A stretch of DNA of 64,000 nt, taken from the NCBI GenBank assembly GCA_001179505.1, contig CDMY01000410.1, positions 20,734 through 84,733 on the forward strand. Direction: 5' to 3'. The stretch is from Vitrella brassicaformis CCMP3155 (Eukaryota > Protista > Chromerida). Under the pieces are notes generated by a model. It searched no databases and was not told where the DNA came from. It was given only the letters and a program-made list of their open reading frames with translations. A program made the position numbers and the translations under genes. Below are positions 1 through 12,642 of this stretch, in pieces (within the stretch, counting starts at the first letter, position 1; each line of letters begins with the position of its first letter).

Positions 1-642
1 AGAAAGGGGACGCGATGCGATGCGCATCGATGGCCTTGATGTACAAACTCGGGTGTGCGTACTGTACGTGTCTGTCGGCCACAGCTGCACTTGGCGTGTC
101 AGAAGGGCCATCTTCAAGTGGCCAAGGCTCTCGTCATTGCCGGTACGATACGAAGACCCATTCGAGATCTCGGGACAGAAGCGCCCCTGTTCACGCCTCC
201 TCTCCCTTGTTTATGGTCAGGTGCCGACACGGCCGCAGTCACATCCAAGCAGGAGACCCCCGCCGACCTGCTCGCCACAGACGACCTCAAAGCCCAGTGC
301 ACGACCGTCTTCGAGGAGGCCAGGCGGACCCTCGAGCAGAGGCAGCAAGAGGCCGATGCAAAGAAGGCAAACAAGAGGAAACGACCCGACACAGCGGCAG
401 CAGCAGACAAGGCACCAGAAGCTGTTGAAGAACCGTCAGCCGAGGGCGGTGCGGGCGGTGAGGGTCCGCCGGCGGCAAAGCAGCCCAAGAGGCTGGCGTG
501 TGCGGCGGCTGATGACCTGGAAGAGGAGCGACAAGAGGCAGAGGGGGCAGCCTCTGGATTGGCGGGTGCATCTCTTGAGCAGGCCATGAAGGCCGCAGCT
601 CAGGCTGCACAGTTTGAGAGCTTTGAGTCGTTCGACGTCTAG
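1..642 (+). CDS. Ankyrin-repeat protein, 3' part only (5' end uncertain or outside the window), with an acidic/basic low-complexity tail
   Basis: LHLACQKGHLQVAKALVIAG spliced (intron 143-220, GT..AG, phase 1) to ADTAAVTSKQETPADL is an ankyrin-repeat pattern; stop TAG 640-642. Confidence 0.7.
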
Positions 643-902
643 TTAGGCAGGCCGGGGACGGACGGACGGTGAATGGATGACCGCTTAAGTTGTTACACGT
701 GGGGCAGCTGACGCCTGGTTGTGAGTTCGTCCCACGCCAACACTGACACGCATAAACAAATCTACATGTGTCCTGTCCGGACGATAGGTTGAATCTACAT
801 GAGATCTCCTCCTGCAATCTCAGCTCGCAGGTTGGGGAGGCTGCTCTTCCCCTTTTCTCCCCAAAACACGTGCATCCTGCTCAGTTGTGAGCGTCCATCG
901 CG

Positions 903-2708
903 ATGGCTTTCAGCCCCAAAGCGAGCAACAGCCGGTCAATGACCCCTCCCGGCGCTACAGCACCTGCAGCGTCCAAGTCCTCCGTCTCGCCATCCACCCG
1001 CCCCGGCAGCCGCCCCACCCTCTCCCCCGTGCCCACATCGCCCGTCACACAGACCCTCTCGCGGCCAGGCAGCCCCATCACCCAGCGAATAGAGGCTCTC
1101 AATGCCATCGACTGTGAGGGGCGGAGTGTTATGAGTGGGGGAAGGGCAGAGAGGGGTGGCATGCGTGTTTTCGGTGTTTTCGGTCGTGTTTGTGCAGTTG
1201 AGGCGACGTTGGGTGAGAAGGTGATGATGTCAAGGACACATCTCTCGGAGGCGGCAGGGATTCGAGACAACCTCATCCGGACGGCACAGCACCAGTTCAT
1301 GACCGACAGGCAGCGGGAGCGGATGAGGCAGGAGCACAAACGGGTCGCTATCATTCAGAGAGAGGTCAGTCGAGTCGCGCATATATGGCACTGGTGGGTG
1401 ACCTTCCGTCACACGTGTCCTTATGCAGGCGGTGAGCGGTCAGCTTGAGCGGCATTTGAAGCGTGCGAGAGCCGAGCATGACGCGCTCATCCTCAGAGCC
1501 AACGAGAGAGCACACACCGAATTCGCACAGGCACGGGTGGGTATCCGATAAGGAAACACAAGTCCATCCAATCCACACATGTCAGCCTTGCGTCTTGTAT
1601 GGTTGTCAGTGTGAGCTTCGTGTGGAGGAGGTGCGTCAGCACCTGGACAGGGTGGATCGTCAGCTGATTGCCGACGACTTCGCGGGGCGGAATGCGAGCC
1701 GAGTTGCCGAGGCCATCGACGTGTACCGGACGATTCTCGCAAAGGTGACACCAGATAGGGGGAATTTGCTGGTCCATTGCACGTGTGTGTGTGTGTGTGG
1801 TGTGCAGCACGGGCCCACCTTGTCGGACTACGAGAGGCTGCACAAGCGGCTCACATTGTGAGTGAGATGCAGCCACAATACATCCAACAAGCCATGAATT
1901 TTCTGTTTGTTGTGGTCATCAGTTTGCGCCAGAAGAGCGTGGCGTCCCCCACCAGCAACGTCAACATGATCGTCTTCGACGATGCGGGTCACTGACCACA
2001 CAAGAGAAAGGAGAGACACACGTGGCTTTGCATGGTGTGTCCGGCTGTGTGCAGGAGCGGCTGTCGTGTCTCCCACGCACCAGCCGCACTATTCTGATCT
2101 GCTCAAAGAAGTCAAGACGGCCAAGACACCAAAGAGAGGTCAGGTCATTCAGTCGACTCGACACTTAGGCTTTCCTCTCATGTGGTTGCCTTGCCACCCA
2201 GCTCAGCTCTTGCTGTGTGTTCATTTCATTATATATCCGTCTCTTTTTTTAGGCATGAGTGTGGTGTCGTTGGCTCACAAGGGCGTGCCGCCCGAAAGGC
2301 CAAAGACGGCGGGGCGGCTCAAACCGACCAAGTCGAGGGCGCTGCGGCGGTACACAAAGCTAGCCAGACAAGAAGGCAGACACGAGACGCATCCTGGCCG
2401 TTCTGCAGGTTTGTGTTGGCACCCACCTTCAACGAGAACCTTCGCGCAGGTACGCTCTCAGAGAGACGCCAAGCACCGTGATACCTGTGTGTCGTGTCTC
2501 TGCCTGGATTGATGATGTTGCATCAGCCGACGAGAAGATGATATGCCGGCAGGGTGTGGTGCCCGAGCTGATCTCAAACACACTACACGAGGCCAAGTGC
2601 CGGTCGCCATTGACCTTCGACAAGGCGTCGGCCACCGTATTTCGCACAACCACACCGCCACTCACCCCGGCCAACCGAGAGCCGCGAAAGCAGATGAGAC
2701 TTGAATGA
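903..2708 (+). CDS. Multi-exon hypothetical protein with Ser/Pro-rich N-terminus and coiled-coil segments
   Basis: ATG 903; coding-like exons separated by GT-AG introns (e.g. RERMRQEHKRVAIIQRE, EEVRQHLDRVDRQL); last exon ends KQMRLE* at TGA 2706-2708. No family recognised. Confidence 0.65.
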
Positions 2709-3323
2709 GCGAGTGACGGGTGGATGAATGGATGGCTGGATGATGCGGCGGGGCTGGTCAGTGGGTGGATGAGGGGCGGACTGACGCACAACTGACGCAC
2801 CGAGCTTGAGCTGAGAGAGGCTGTGACGGCTCCTGTCTGTGTGTGTGGCTGTTGTTCCTGAGTGATTGACTGGCCTGGATAGACCGACAGACGAGAGTGA
2901 GTGCGTCGACGGTACACACACATACATTCCATTCAATCAACTGCTGGTGTCATTGGTTGATTGACGTGCGCATCGCATGTACAATCGAGAAGTGTCTGTC
3001 TGTACACACACATGGTTGGCATACATCGTCACCACACACAACGCACCCACACGCAAGCACACGCATCCTTAGTCTGTGGTATTTATTGCCTGCACATGGC
3101 ATGGCCTCCTTGTGTCTGCCTCCTGTCCACAAACCCACCGGCCACGACTCCTCCAGACGCCACTCCGTCGAGCGTCTGAGCAAACGTAGCCGCTGCGTTG
3201 TTTACAGGATGGAGAACAACGGAAGGCAGCGCCAACCCTCATGATCGATCAGAACAGCCGCTCCGATAGCCCCCTCCCTCCCTCGATCTGTCTGTCTGTC
3301 TGTCTGCCCCCCATTCCCTCTAT

Positions 3324-4797
3324 CTACGAGAAGATGTCGTCCAGCAGGTCGTCGGCGGTCTTCTCCTGGTTATCCTCACTCTCCTCCTTCTGCGTCGCAT
3401 CGCTGTCCTCACCCCCACCATCAACACCGCCACCACCATCATCCCTCCCAGACCCTGATGCTGCTGCTGCTGCTGCCGGACCAGCTGCCGCAGCAGCGGC
3501 GGCAGCAGCAGCAGGCGCCCCTCGCCGCGGCAGGTCGGGTACTGTCACACCAACGGGCGCCGAACCGGAAAGCAGGTGGGACAGGCCCGCACTCTCCTGC
3601 ACAGGTGGGGGTGCCGCCATGTCCTCCTCGATGGGCTGTGAGGGGACTGGCGGGCGGTGGTCGTCCATGTCCATGTCCATCTCCATCCCTCCGAAGTTGA
3701 AGAAGTCGTCATCGTCCTGGTCGTCGCGGCGTCCGGGGGCCCGCATGTCGTCCATGTCGTCTCGGTTGTCATCGATGTTGGAGGAGGGCGGGCGCCGCAT
3801 GGCCTTGGCTTTGGCCTTGGCGCGACCCTTGCCCTTCGCCTTGCCCTTGGCCTTGGCCTTGCCTGAACCAACACACACACGCACACACACACACACACAG
3901 GAGCGCAGCAGTGAGATGACGGCACCGGTGAGGTGATTGTCGTGTGTGTTACCCACCTTTTGCTTTCCCCTTGGCTTTGGCTTTGGTCTTGGCCCGTCCG
4001 CTGCGGGTCTCCTCCTCAGTGTCGTCAGCATCGTCACCGTCCATGCCGGCCTCCCGCTTCACCCGCGCGCCGCTGTCGTCATCCGACTCCTGCTTGACCC
4101 TCTCATCAACGAGCTCGTCACGCTCATGCTTGAGCCCGCGCAGCTTCTCCTTCTTGTCGTTGAGGATGGCCGCGAACTTGACCATCATGTGATGCTTGTG
4201 CGCCTCGCCCGCCTCACCGCCCTTGGCGCCGTCCCTCAGGCGCCTCCCGAGGTTGTGCATGAGCAGTGTGTGGCCGGCGGTGAGGGTGCTCTGGCGCTGC
4301 CGGTTGCTCTCCTGGGCGGCGAGATGCATGGCGAAGAGCCGGTCGATGGCGGCGTGGTTGGACTCCTCCGACAGGTGGATGTCGCGCGTCATGGTCCTGA
4401 AGTACGGTTGCCGCTGGCCGGTGAGCTTCTGGCCGTGCCCCACCTTGATGACGCACGTGTGGTGGGACGAGTAGGGGGAGGGCGGGGCGAAGGAAGGCTC
4501 CACGCGGTAGGCGTCAGGCTGCGATACCGACAGGGCGTCGACGAGCTTCTGTCGGGTGGCTTGGTCGTCCCAGATGAGACCGCTGCCATGGCTGTCCTCA
4601 CTCAGATCTCCGCGCTCGATTTTGCCCGAGTAGAACCGCTGGCCGTCGTAGAGAAGCAGTGTGGCGATGGCATGCGACGGGTTGGCGGGCAGTTGGTCGG
4701 GGAAAGGGCCGGGCCATGTCGACTGCAGACGGAGGTTCTGATCATCGTAGGAAAACTCAAGCACGTGGTACTCTGAAGCAGCAGAGTCGTCGCCCAT
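3324..4797 (-). CDS. XRCC4: XRCC4-like non-homologous end-joining protein (2 exons: 4797-3957, 3862-3324)
   Basis: N-terminal head-like domain followed by a helical stalk with KFAAILNDKKEKLRGLK, resembling the XRCC4 ligase-IV-binding motif (RFILVLNEKKTKIRSL); KAKAKG-rich and acidic tail; clean GT-AG phase-1 intron 3956-3863. Confidence 0.7.
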
Positions 4798-4953
4798 CGT
4801 GCCGCAATTAGTTTTGGGCGGGATCTCCCTCTGACTTCAAGCTGTAAGGCCGCCTAGGGTGCCGCGTGAAACCGCTCCCTGAATCCTCGCGAAACCGCTG
4901 CTGCGACGAGGGAACGGGAGAAGGTGGAGAGAAGGCGTGTAGAGCTTGTAGGA

Positions 4954-6900
4954 ATGTCGAAACAGCATGAGGTGAGAGAAGAGGAGCCAAGCAAAGCACG
5001 TGGTACATCGCGGCTGTGCGAAGCGGCTGCGCTGGGCTCTGTTTAATCGTGTTGTTTGTCCTGCGAACGCTCTTCAGATGTCAATGGCGGCGATGTGGGA
5101 GAAGCTGCTGTCCCAGGTAGAAGCCTTTCAGACCAATCAGGCGAAGGCAAGTAATCAGCACACTCACTCATTCAGTGCAATGCCATCCATCAGTCATCGG
5201 TTGGCTGCTTTGTGTTGTCTTGTGTGACGCTCAGGTCAACAGTTCCATCGACCGACTCTCTCAGATGGGCACCGCTATGATCACACCACTGGTGCGGACA
5301 GACTGCCAGTCAGTACACCACAGACTCACCCCTGTGTCATGATGCTCTCATTCATTCATTCTTCAGATGGTGGCCAAGGTCAGTCGTCAACTCGCCAACG
5401 AATCCGCCCGTCTAGCCGAGCTGGCGGACGGCATCGACTCCACCTTCGAACTCACAACACACACGCGCACAGGTGGGAAAGTGCACGCCTACACCAACAT
5501 GAGAGCCATAAGGACGTGGCTGCGTGATGGACACATGTCTGTCTGTATCACTTCAGGTTCAGCGGTTGCATCTGACAGACATCCCTGCCGACCCCATGAG
5601 CATCGTCATCGCGCTGTCTGACCTCACGACCATTGGCCGATTCAAATCGACAGCCCGACCCATCAGGAATGCCCTCCGGCCGATCGTGCGCCGCTTTCGG
5701 CTGCGAATGGCCATCGAGGTGGCGGGGCTGGGCGGTGTGGTGCGGTTCGGCGATAAGCTGAGCGACGGCGATGTGATGAAGGCCATGTGGGTGGTGGAGG
5801 AGGGGGGCGAGGGCGGCTGGGGGGAAGGTGGCCGACACACTCAGAGTCGCCGAGCGGTGCGGCAATTGCCAGCTGCCGGTCATTGTGGGTGCTGCGGATC
5901 TACAGGCACACGCCACCAAGGCGGTAAACACGACACACAGAAGAGGCAATGGGTGGGCTGTTGGATGTGTGTGTGTATTCTTCATTCAGGATTTCTTGGC
6001 GCTGCCCCGTTTCTGTGCGCAGTGGATGATCGTCGGCCGCCATGTGGCCCTCCGCCGCCCCACCGGCCAGCAAGACGGCACACTTCAGTTGTTCCGCCAC
6101 AGCAACATCGAGATCCGGATCATCCGCAACGAGCCCGGCTTCACCATCACCCTCAACCCGCCCCTCCCCCAGCCCACCCGCCCCATCCATCCCTTCTCGC
6201 AGCACCCCTTCACCCACCACGCCAAGCCACACGACCCGCCAGTCCGCTGCCGCATCCGGTGGCAACCTGGTGTGGGCTGGATGACGCTTCGTGTCAACGA
6301 CGGGCATGTTTACGCCTCGGCGAGCTCCGTGTTGAAGCGTCTGGTGCTGCGTCACCGGCTGTTGGCTGTGGGCGGCTTCACCTACTCGCCAGCAGTGGTG
6401 GTGGAGGGTGAGTGGTGGATGGAAGACACGCAATGAGAGGGCAAATGGCTATGTGGTGCGCTACTGATGTGTGTGTCAGGAGTGTACGTGGCGGCCACTT
6501 CGACCGCATCATCACCCAATCGCCGCACACGGCCCTCAACTCATCCTCGGATGTGCTGACATGGGAGGCGGCGAATGGGCGGTGTACACAGGTGCATATG
6601 CTCATTACGGCTGCCGATCCGTTCATCGCATGGATTAACTTTGGCATCCAGCCAGGCAACAGCCAGAGCGGTACGTATGCACATTGACAACCCATCCTCA
6701 GGCTGTCGTATCGTCTGATCCTGTGCTGTGCTATTGTCTGCACAAAAGCAGTTCACGTCAAGATTACTAATAGCGAGGCGCCAGCAGCAGGTGTCCCCCA
6801 TGACGCGTTCTTCGCACAGCGATTCCCTCGGACGGCCGCCAAGGTTTGTCGCGTCCTCGGGCCAATTGCCGCGATCGTGCTTGATGGCCAGGCGCCTTAG
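4954..6900 (+). CDS. Lineage-expanded F-box-like family protein, copy 1 (apparently intact)
   Basis: MSKQHE|MSMAAMWEKLLSQ... F-box-like LHLTDIPADPMSIVIALSDLTTIGRFKSTAR, then family blocks GGVVRFG, KAMWVVEEGGEGGWGE, CQLPV, HPFTHHAKPHDPPVRCRIRW, C-terminal IVLDGQAP*; same exon layout as four other copies in the window. Confidence 0.75.
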
Positions 6901-7108
6901 ACGGCTTTGCAACATTAATTTTGGGAATGAATTCATCCATGGCCATGAACGCGTTTGTGTGCAAGCACATGCCTGTACGTGAAATACATTCAGCCGGGCG
7001 TATGTATGCATGGATTCAATCAAACTCGCGAGCTTCGAGCTTGCATTTGAAAAACGCTCTCCCTTCGTCCCCCTTCCTTTCTGCACAGGAGCAGTCAACG
7101 CAGTCAGA

Positions 7109-10100
7109 ATGAGTACAAGGGTAAGAAACAAGCACGTTTTGGCCGCCTTGCACAAGGCGCCACATCTCTCCTTCGTCGCCACTCCTCGATGATGTAACAC
7201 GCTGTGTGTTCAGCCGAAAGCCAAGCCCAAAGGCACGCCCAAAGCCTCTGTCAAGCTGACGGGAGGGGAAGCGGGCAGAGCGGCCAAGACGGCAATCGGC
7301 AAGGCGACCAAGGCCAAGCGGCCCAAGGCGGCCTCCACCCCCGCCCCAGCAGCTGCCATCAGATTCCAGGAGTTGTCGAGGAGCCAGGGGCCGTCACCAC
7401 GTGCAGCAGGGGGAGTGCCAGGTGCCTCCCCCCGGTCTGCACTGGCAGGGGCCTCGCCGCGGGCGGCCAGCTCTCCTCGGGTGGGCGGGTCTCTCAAAAA
7501 GGGCGTGACGATTCAGGCACCCGAGGCGACGCCGGATGAGGGCATGACGAGGGACCAGATGAAGAAGTACTTCCGCCGTATCAGTGTGGTGCAGCGACGC
7601 AAGAGGGAGATGGAGGACCAGCGAGTGCAGGCACTCATCGTAAGCAGACAGAGAGAGAGAAATGCACATGCCACCCGACCCGCATGTGTGTCTTGTCACG
7701 TCACACACGTGATGTGGTAGGCGTGTGTCTGTGTTTCTTGGCACTAGGACAAGGCCGAGGCGAAGGAGCGTGAAACGGCCGAGCGTCTGAGGCGTCTGCA
7801 GGAGGAGAAGGAGCGGCGGGCGGCCGAAGTCGATGCACAGAGACAAGAGGCCATGGCGCGGGCGGCCGCACTTGCAGAAGAGAGACAGAGACAGGCCGAG
7901 GTACCATCCAAGAGCGAACCAACAGACCGAGAGCCACTCTGGTTCGCTTCTTTCTCCTTGTCTGTTGTGTGGTGTGCAATGCAGGCTCACATGCAGATCC
8001 GGCGTCACGATCGTGAGTCTGCGGCTGCCCGCCGGATGCGACTGATCGAGGAGCACCGCCGGCGAATGAGAGAGCTGGGTGACAACGCAGAGGGCCTCAG
8101 AAGGGCGAGAGAACTGGAAGAGGAAAGACTCAGACAACTCATGGTCAGCCTACACACCAAGCACACAACATACCAAATCCGTCGCTCAGTGCTGCCGGCC
8201 GATGTCGTTGCTGCAGGCCCACTTGGAGGACAAGCACGGGGCGGAGACTGTGGACGAGGGGGGCTACCCGGTGTCGCCCCAGGCTGCTGCCAAGGCCAGG
8301 GCGGCCCTGGTGCGGGAGACGCAGGCACGCGTCAACAACCTGTACTTGCAGGAGCAGAACGTCAGACGGGCCACCGTGTTCCTCGAGATAGAGGGCAGAC
8401 AACTCATGGTAAAACAGAGAGGGGAGGGAGGCATGCATGTCGTCAGCGGGGTGTGGTTTCTTCACTTTGTCTTGACGTGCATTAGGAGCGATTGGCTCAC
8501 GAGGAGATGATAGAGAAGCGTGCGTCGTCGATGATGATGATCAGCGAGGAGGGGGAGGAGGGAATCGACCCGTTCAAAGAGGGCGCGCCGCCCATAGAGC
8601 CGCCACCACTACACCCATCCGTATAACACACAAGACACGCACACGCAGAGAGAGAGAGAGAAAGAAGCCATCCGCCCAGCTCTCCCCATGTGTGGCCGTT
8701 GATGCAGCTGCAGGCAGGTATCCTTCACGAGCAGGCCCGTCAGACCATGCTCGAGGAGCAGCGCCGCCAGAGCATGATGATGATGCCGCCACCAGACCCA
8801 ATGATGCTCATGCAACAGCAGCCAGCCCGTGCAAGCATCATGGTCCCACCACCACCACCACCCCAATCAATGCAGCTGTCGCCTGAGGAGACTGCTCGTC
8901 AGCAGGCGTTCCGTCACAGCGTCCACCCCTTAGCCATGGCCGCGCGCCCGGGTGGCCCCCTGCTGTCATCTGACGAGCGCAGTCTTGCACAGATGAGGAG
9001 TTCCAGCCAGTCGCTTGAGCTGTCAAGCGAGAAGGCCTTCCAGCAGCAGCTGCTGGGAGTTCCGCCGGGAGGGCTGCAGGCTGTTCCCAGTGCGCTGCAC
9101 GCGATGCCGAGCGGCACGTCGATTGGCCAGGGCACGGTCCTCACGGCGACGAGCGGGGGGAGCGACCAGATGGCCGCCGGAGGTAGGTGTGCAGGGGAGA
9201 GGCACTCAACTACGTGTGGGAGTCATGATGTTGATTGATATGTGTCTGGTAGGTGTGAGCAGGAGTGTGCCTCCTTTCCCAGTCGCCCCACCAACAGTCA
9301 CAGGCCCAGACGGCATCGCCGTCGTCCCTCCGCCTCCCGCCCCACTACAAGGCCAACCACCGCTCCCACCAGGGGTGTCTCCTGCAGCCATGGCGGCCGG
9401 CCTCGTACCTCCACCACACGACCTGGCTGCAGCACGACATGGGTCGCAGGCCATTCCTGGGCTGGGGGGAGTCCCTCTGCTGTCGCCTGAGGAGAGAGGC
9501 CTCGCACACGCCCGCAGTGCCAGTCACATGATCGAGCTGGCCCCGTATGGCAGGACATATCAGAGTCGATTCGAGATTCAGTCAGGTCAAGCCGGGCAGG
9601 CAGGGCCGCCGGCTGCTGGTGGCCTTACCCCACTTGCACCAGGGGCGGCGGGCCAGCAGATGATCTTCCCTCCGGCTGCTGGTAGGGCACAAACAGAGGG
9701 TGTGGTGTTTGGAAGGTGAGCTCATTGCCGTGTCTGCCTTTTTTGGCAGGTGTCCTAGGTGTCCCAGGCGTCATTCCAGGGGGCGTGGGTGAGGTCGTCC
9801 CTTCGGGCCCCGAGCTATCCTTCCCCTCACCCACAGGGCCAGCCGGTGCAGTGAGCCAACAAATCATTCTGCCTGGTGGGGTGGGAGGGAAGTGAAACGA
9901 ACACACCAGACCACACCCACATGCGCCGCGCCGCGCCCTCATTGCAATGGCCGTGCCGTGTCTCTGTGTCTTTTGCAGGTATATCTCCAGTTGTGCAGGG
10001 GGCTGCTGCAGTCGAGCCAGAGCAGCCGGGTGTTGCTGCACTAGCCGGTGCAGCGGCTGGACCAGGTCAAGTGACCCAGCAGGTCCCTGTTGCTGGTATG

Positions 10101-10879
10101 GACTTGGTTGAGACAGAAATGTGCGTGCACAAATGTATGTGACCTCATTGGTTTGTTGTGTCTCTATCCTTTTTCCAGGTGTCCCTCCAGGTGTGAGCAA
10201 GAGCGTGCCTCCAGCCACCCAGCAAGAGCCCTCCCTTTCCTCCCCACCAGGAGGCATCACAGCGGCAGGGCCAGTACCCGGTGTCGGCGCCCCCGGCAAC
10301 CTCCCTCCCGCCCTCCAAGCCACCACACAGATCCCCCTCCCCACAGCCACCGCTATCGGCCCCTTCCCACCGGGCCAGCCAGCGGCACTCCCGCTCTCAG
10401 GACGTCCAGGTGCTGTGGTCGGCAAGTACCGTGCCGCGTCGCCTTTCCCAGCCGCCACAGGTCTCACCTACGAGCAGTGGGTGAAGCAGCTGGCCGGCCG
10501 ATACCCCGTGTACGAGTTCCGTTCGGCAACTCCTGGGCCACAGATGATGCGCTCCTCTCGTCCGACAGCCTCCATGTCCTTCGATCACCTGCCGGGGGTG
10601 CGTGCGGTGTCGGCCCGACCGATGCGCAGAAGGGGCAGCTCGTCATGCCTCGTCAAGAACAGCCCCTGCAGCTGCAAGTCCAAGGTGGCCAAGGGCAGCC
10701 GAGAGGCGACGAGAGCCGCTATCCCCCAGCAGATTGCCATGGCGGCCCGGAAGGACCTGACGGACAGTGCGGTGAGTGAGTGGATGAGTGACAATGGCAT
10801 GACGGGCCCGGTGCCGAGGGAGGCGTTGGGTAAGGGGCTGGTGGTCAACAGGAAGAGCTGCTGCCGACAGAAAAAGTGA
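7109..10879 (+). CDS. Large multi-exon hypothetical protein: Lys/Ala-rich N-terminus, charged coiled coil, Pro/Gln/Gly-rich low-complexity C-terminal half
   Basis: ATG 7109 with donor GTAAG at 7121; successive in-frame exons (EMEDQRVQALI, EKERRAAEVDAQRQE, EEHRRRMREL, QARQTMLEEQRRQ); final exon ends KSCCRQKK* at 10879. No family recognised. Confidence 0.65.
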
Positions 10880-11314
10880 AAGGGGAAGCATGGACTGACT
10901 GACTGGCGAATGTGTTAATGTAATGGGTGCAGGGAGGGAGGGAGGGCGAGGCGAGGCAGCTGAGCTGCTGATTATTCGTGTCACTGATTGATTGCATTAC
11001 GCAGGGAGGGAGAAAGATTGCCCAACCGGCGTGCGTCGTCCATTGGTCCATCGATCCATCTACCTATCTATTTTGCCGACTGAGAAATGAAGTGGGCCGG
11101 GTCAGTCAGCTGTGGGGTGAAACTGAGTAGGGATTCGCCTCCTTCAACTCAATGCATGTTCGTGTTTCTCATCCCTCCCTCCCTCAACCCATCACTCCCT
11201 CCCGAATGCTCAAATGCGGCCGGCTATTGCAAAACCCATTTATCTTATCCGATCAGACAAAAACCGCTTCGACAGGGAAGGAAGATAACCGTCACCCAAG
11301 CCCCACACAACCAC

Positions 11315-12541
11315 TCACTGTCGGCTGTACAGATGGTAAGGCACTGGGTGGCAGTCATGTGTGCCCTCGTTGGCCTCCCGCATAATTGTGTCACGGACAC
11401 GCTTCGCCAGTGGGCCCGGTTGGCCCGTGCCGATAGGCCGTCCGTCCAGCTCGACGATCGACTCCACGTGCCAGTCGCCCGACAGCATCAGCAACTCCTC
11501 CGCCTGCACTCTCACAACATACCATACACAGAGAGAGATACAGATGTTTGTCGATGTCGCTTCTGTGTCTGTGTGTGTGTGTGTGACCTGGTATACGGTG
11601 TCCAGGGGCACCTCCTGTTGCCGGACGTCCTTGAGCTCGCCACTGGCACACATGTCGCGGCAAATGTCCATGCACCGCCGCACCGTCGTGCCCGCCAGGA
11701 TGCAGTCGAATGGCGGCGTAAGGAACTCCTTGTCCTTGGTCAGCACCCCCACGCAGCACACGGCCGCCTCGGCCAGCTTGCCGTCGTAGGTGAGGATGCC
11801 ATACCGCCCTCCCTTCTCGGTGCTCTCCATCGACATGAGCGCATTAAGAAGGTAGTTGTTGCTCTTCATCGTCGCCAGCAGCTTTGGCTTCATCGGCACA
11901 CTCACAGTGAACTCCCGGATGCCCTCACCCTGACGCAAGTCGAGAGTCTCCTCGCCAGCCGAGTGGGCGGGGTGCGATCCCCACACCACCACATAGAGGG
12001 AGGCCGACTGGCACTCTGCCGGGTGCAGGGCGAAGCCGCCCACCCCCGCGCCCATCCAGTATCTCAGGTTGGCGGTTTTCTTGCCGCTGGCGGCCGCCGT
12101 CTGCTGGATGATGGAGCGAAGGTCGTCCTTGGTCCACTTGTGGGCAATGCGGGCGGTGGCTGCCGACTTGAGGAACCGGTCCAGATGGATGTCCACTCTG
12201 TAGAGGTTGCCATTGAAGAGCGAGCACGTGTCGAACACTGCGTGGCCGCGGTGCACCACTGCACGAGCAGAGAACGATGTGTGAAAAGGCCGGGCTGTGT
12301 GTGTGTGTGTGTGGTCATGGCTTGGCTTACAGTGGTCATCAATGGGAACGCTCATGAGGTTTGTGTCTGTCACGATGCCACCGATCACACTCGAGTACAT
12401 GGCATAGATCTTGGCAGATCCTCGCCTGTCCCTCATCGCCTTCAGGTAGGACGACTCATCGAAGATGGGCACAGGGACTGCAGGCATCTTTCCCGATGCT
12501 TTCCTGCCGCTGCTTTCAAGCCCATTCGCCACACCATTCAT
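11315..12541 (-). CDS. DAAT: PLP-dependent class IV aminotransferase, plant D-amino-acid transaminase / aminodeoxychorismate-lyase type (3 exons)
   Basis: VPIDDH|AVVHRGHAVFDT, HLDRFLKSA, PLP-lysine motif TMKSNNYLLN, ILAGTTVRR, DGRPIGTGQPGP; two short microsatellite-containing introns retain the frame in the ORF track. Confidence 0.9.
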   Translation of the reverse strand: MNGVANGLESSGRKASGKMPAVPVPIFDESSYLKAMRDRRGSAKIYAMYSSVIGGIVTDTNLMSVPIDDHCKPSHDHTHTHTARPFHTSFSARAVVHRGHAVFDTCSLFNGNLYRVDIHLDRFLKSAATARIAHKWTKDDLRSIIQQTAAASGKKTANLRYWMGAGVGGFALHPAECQSASLYVVVWGSHPAHSAGEETLDLRQGEGIREFTVSVPMKPKLLATMKSNNYLLNALMSMESTEKGGRYGILTYDGKLAEAAVCCVGVLTKDKEFLTPPFDCILAGTTVRRCMDICRDMCASGELKDVRQQEVPLDTVYQVTHTHTDTEATSTNICISLCVWYVVRVQAEELLMLSGDWHVESIVELDGRPIGTGQPGPLAKRVRDTIMREANEGTHDCHPVPYHLYSRQ

Positions 12542-12642
12542 TTTTTCTCATTCGGTCTGAGGGTTTCTGGGGTGCGGGGTTTGGCTTAGCTCGCAGACGC
12601 AAGGTGCAGACCGCTGCTGCAGATCTTTTGCAACCTGGCTTG

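Noticed and set aside
3241-4776. Long plus-strand ORFs (231 and 279 aa)
   Set aside because: Antisense shadows of the XRCC4-like CDS.
11087-12589. 500-aa plus-strand ORF
   Set aside because: Antisense shadow of the GC-rich aminotransferase gene; no recognisable motif and it runs through microsatellite introns.
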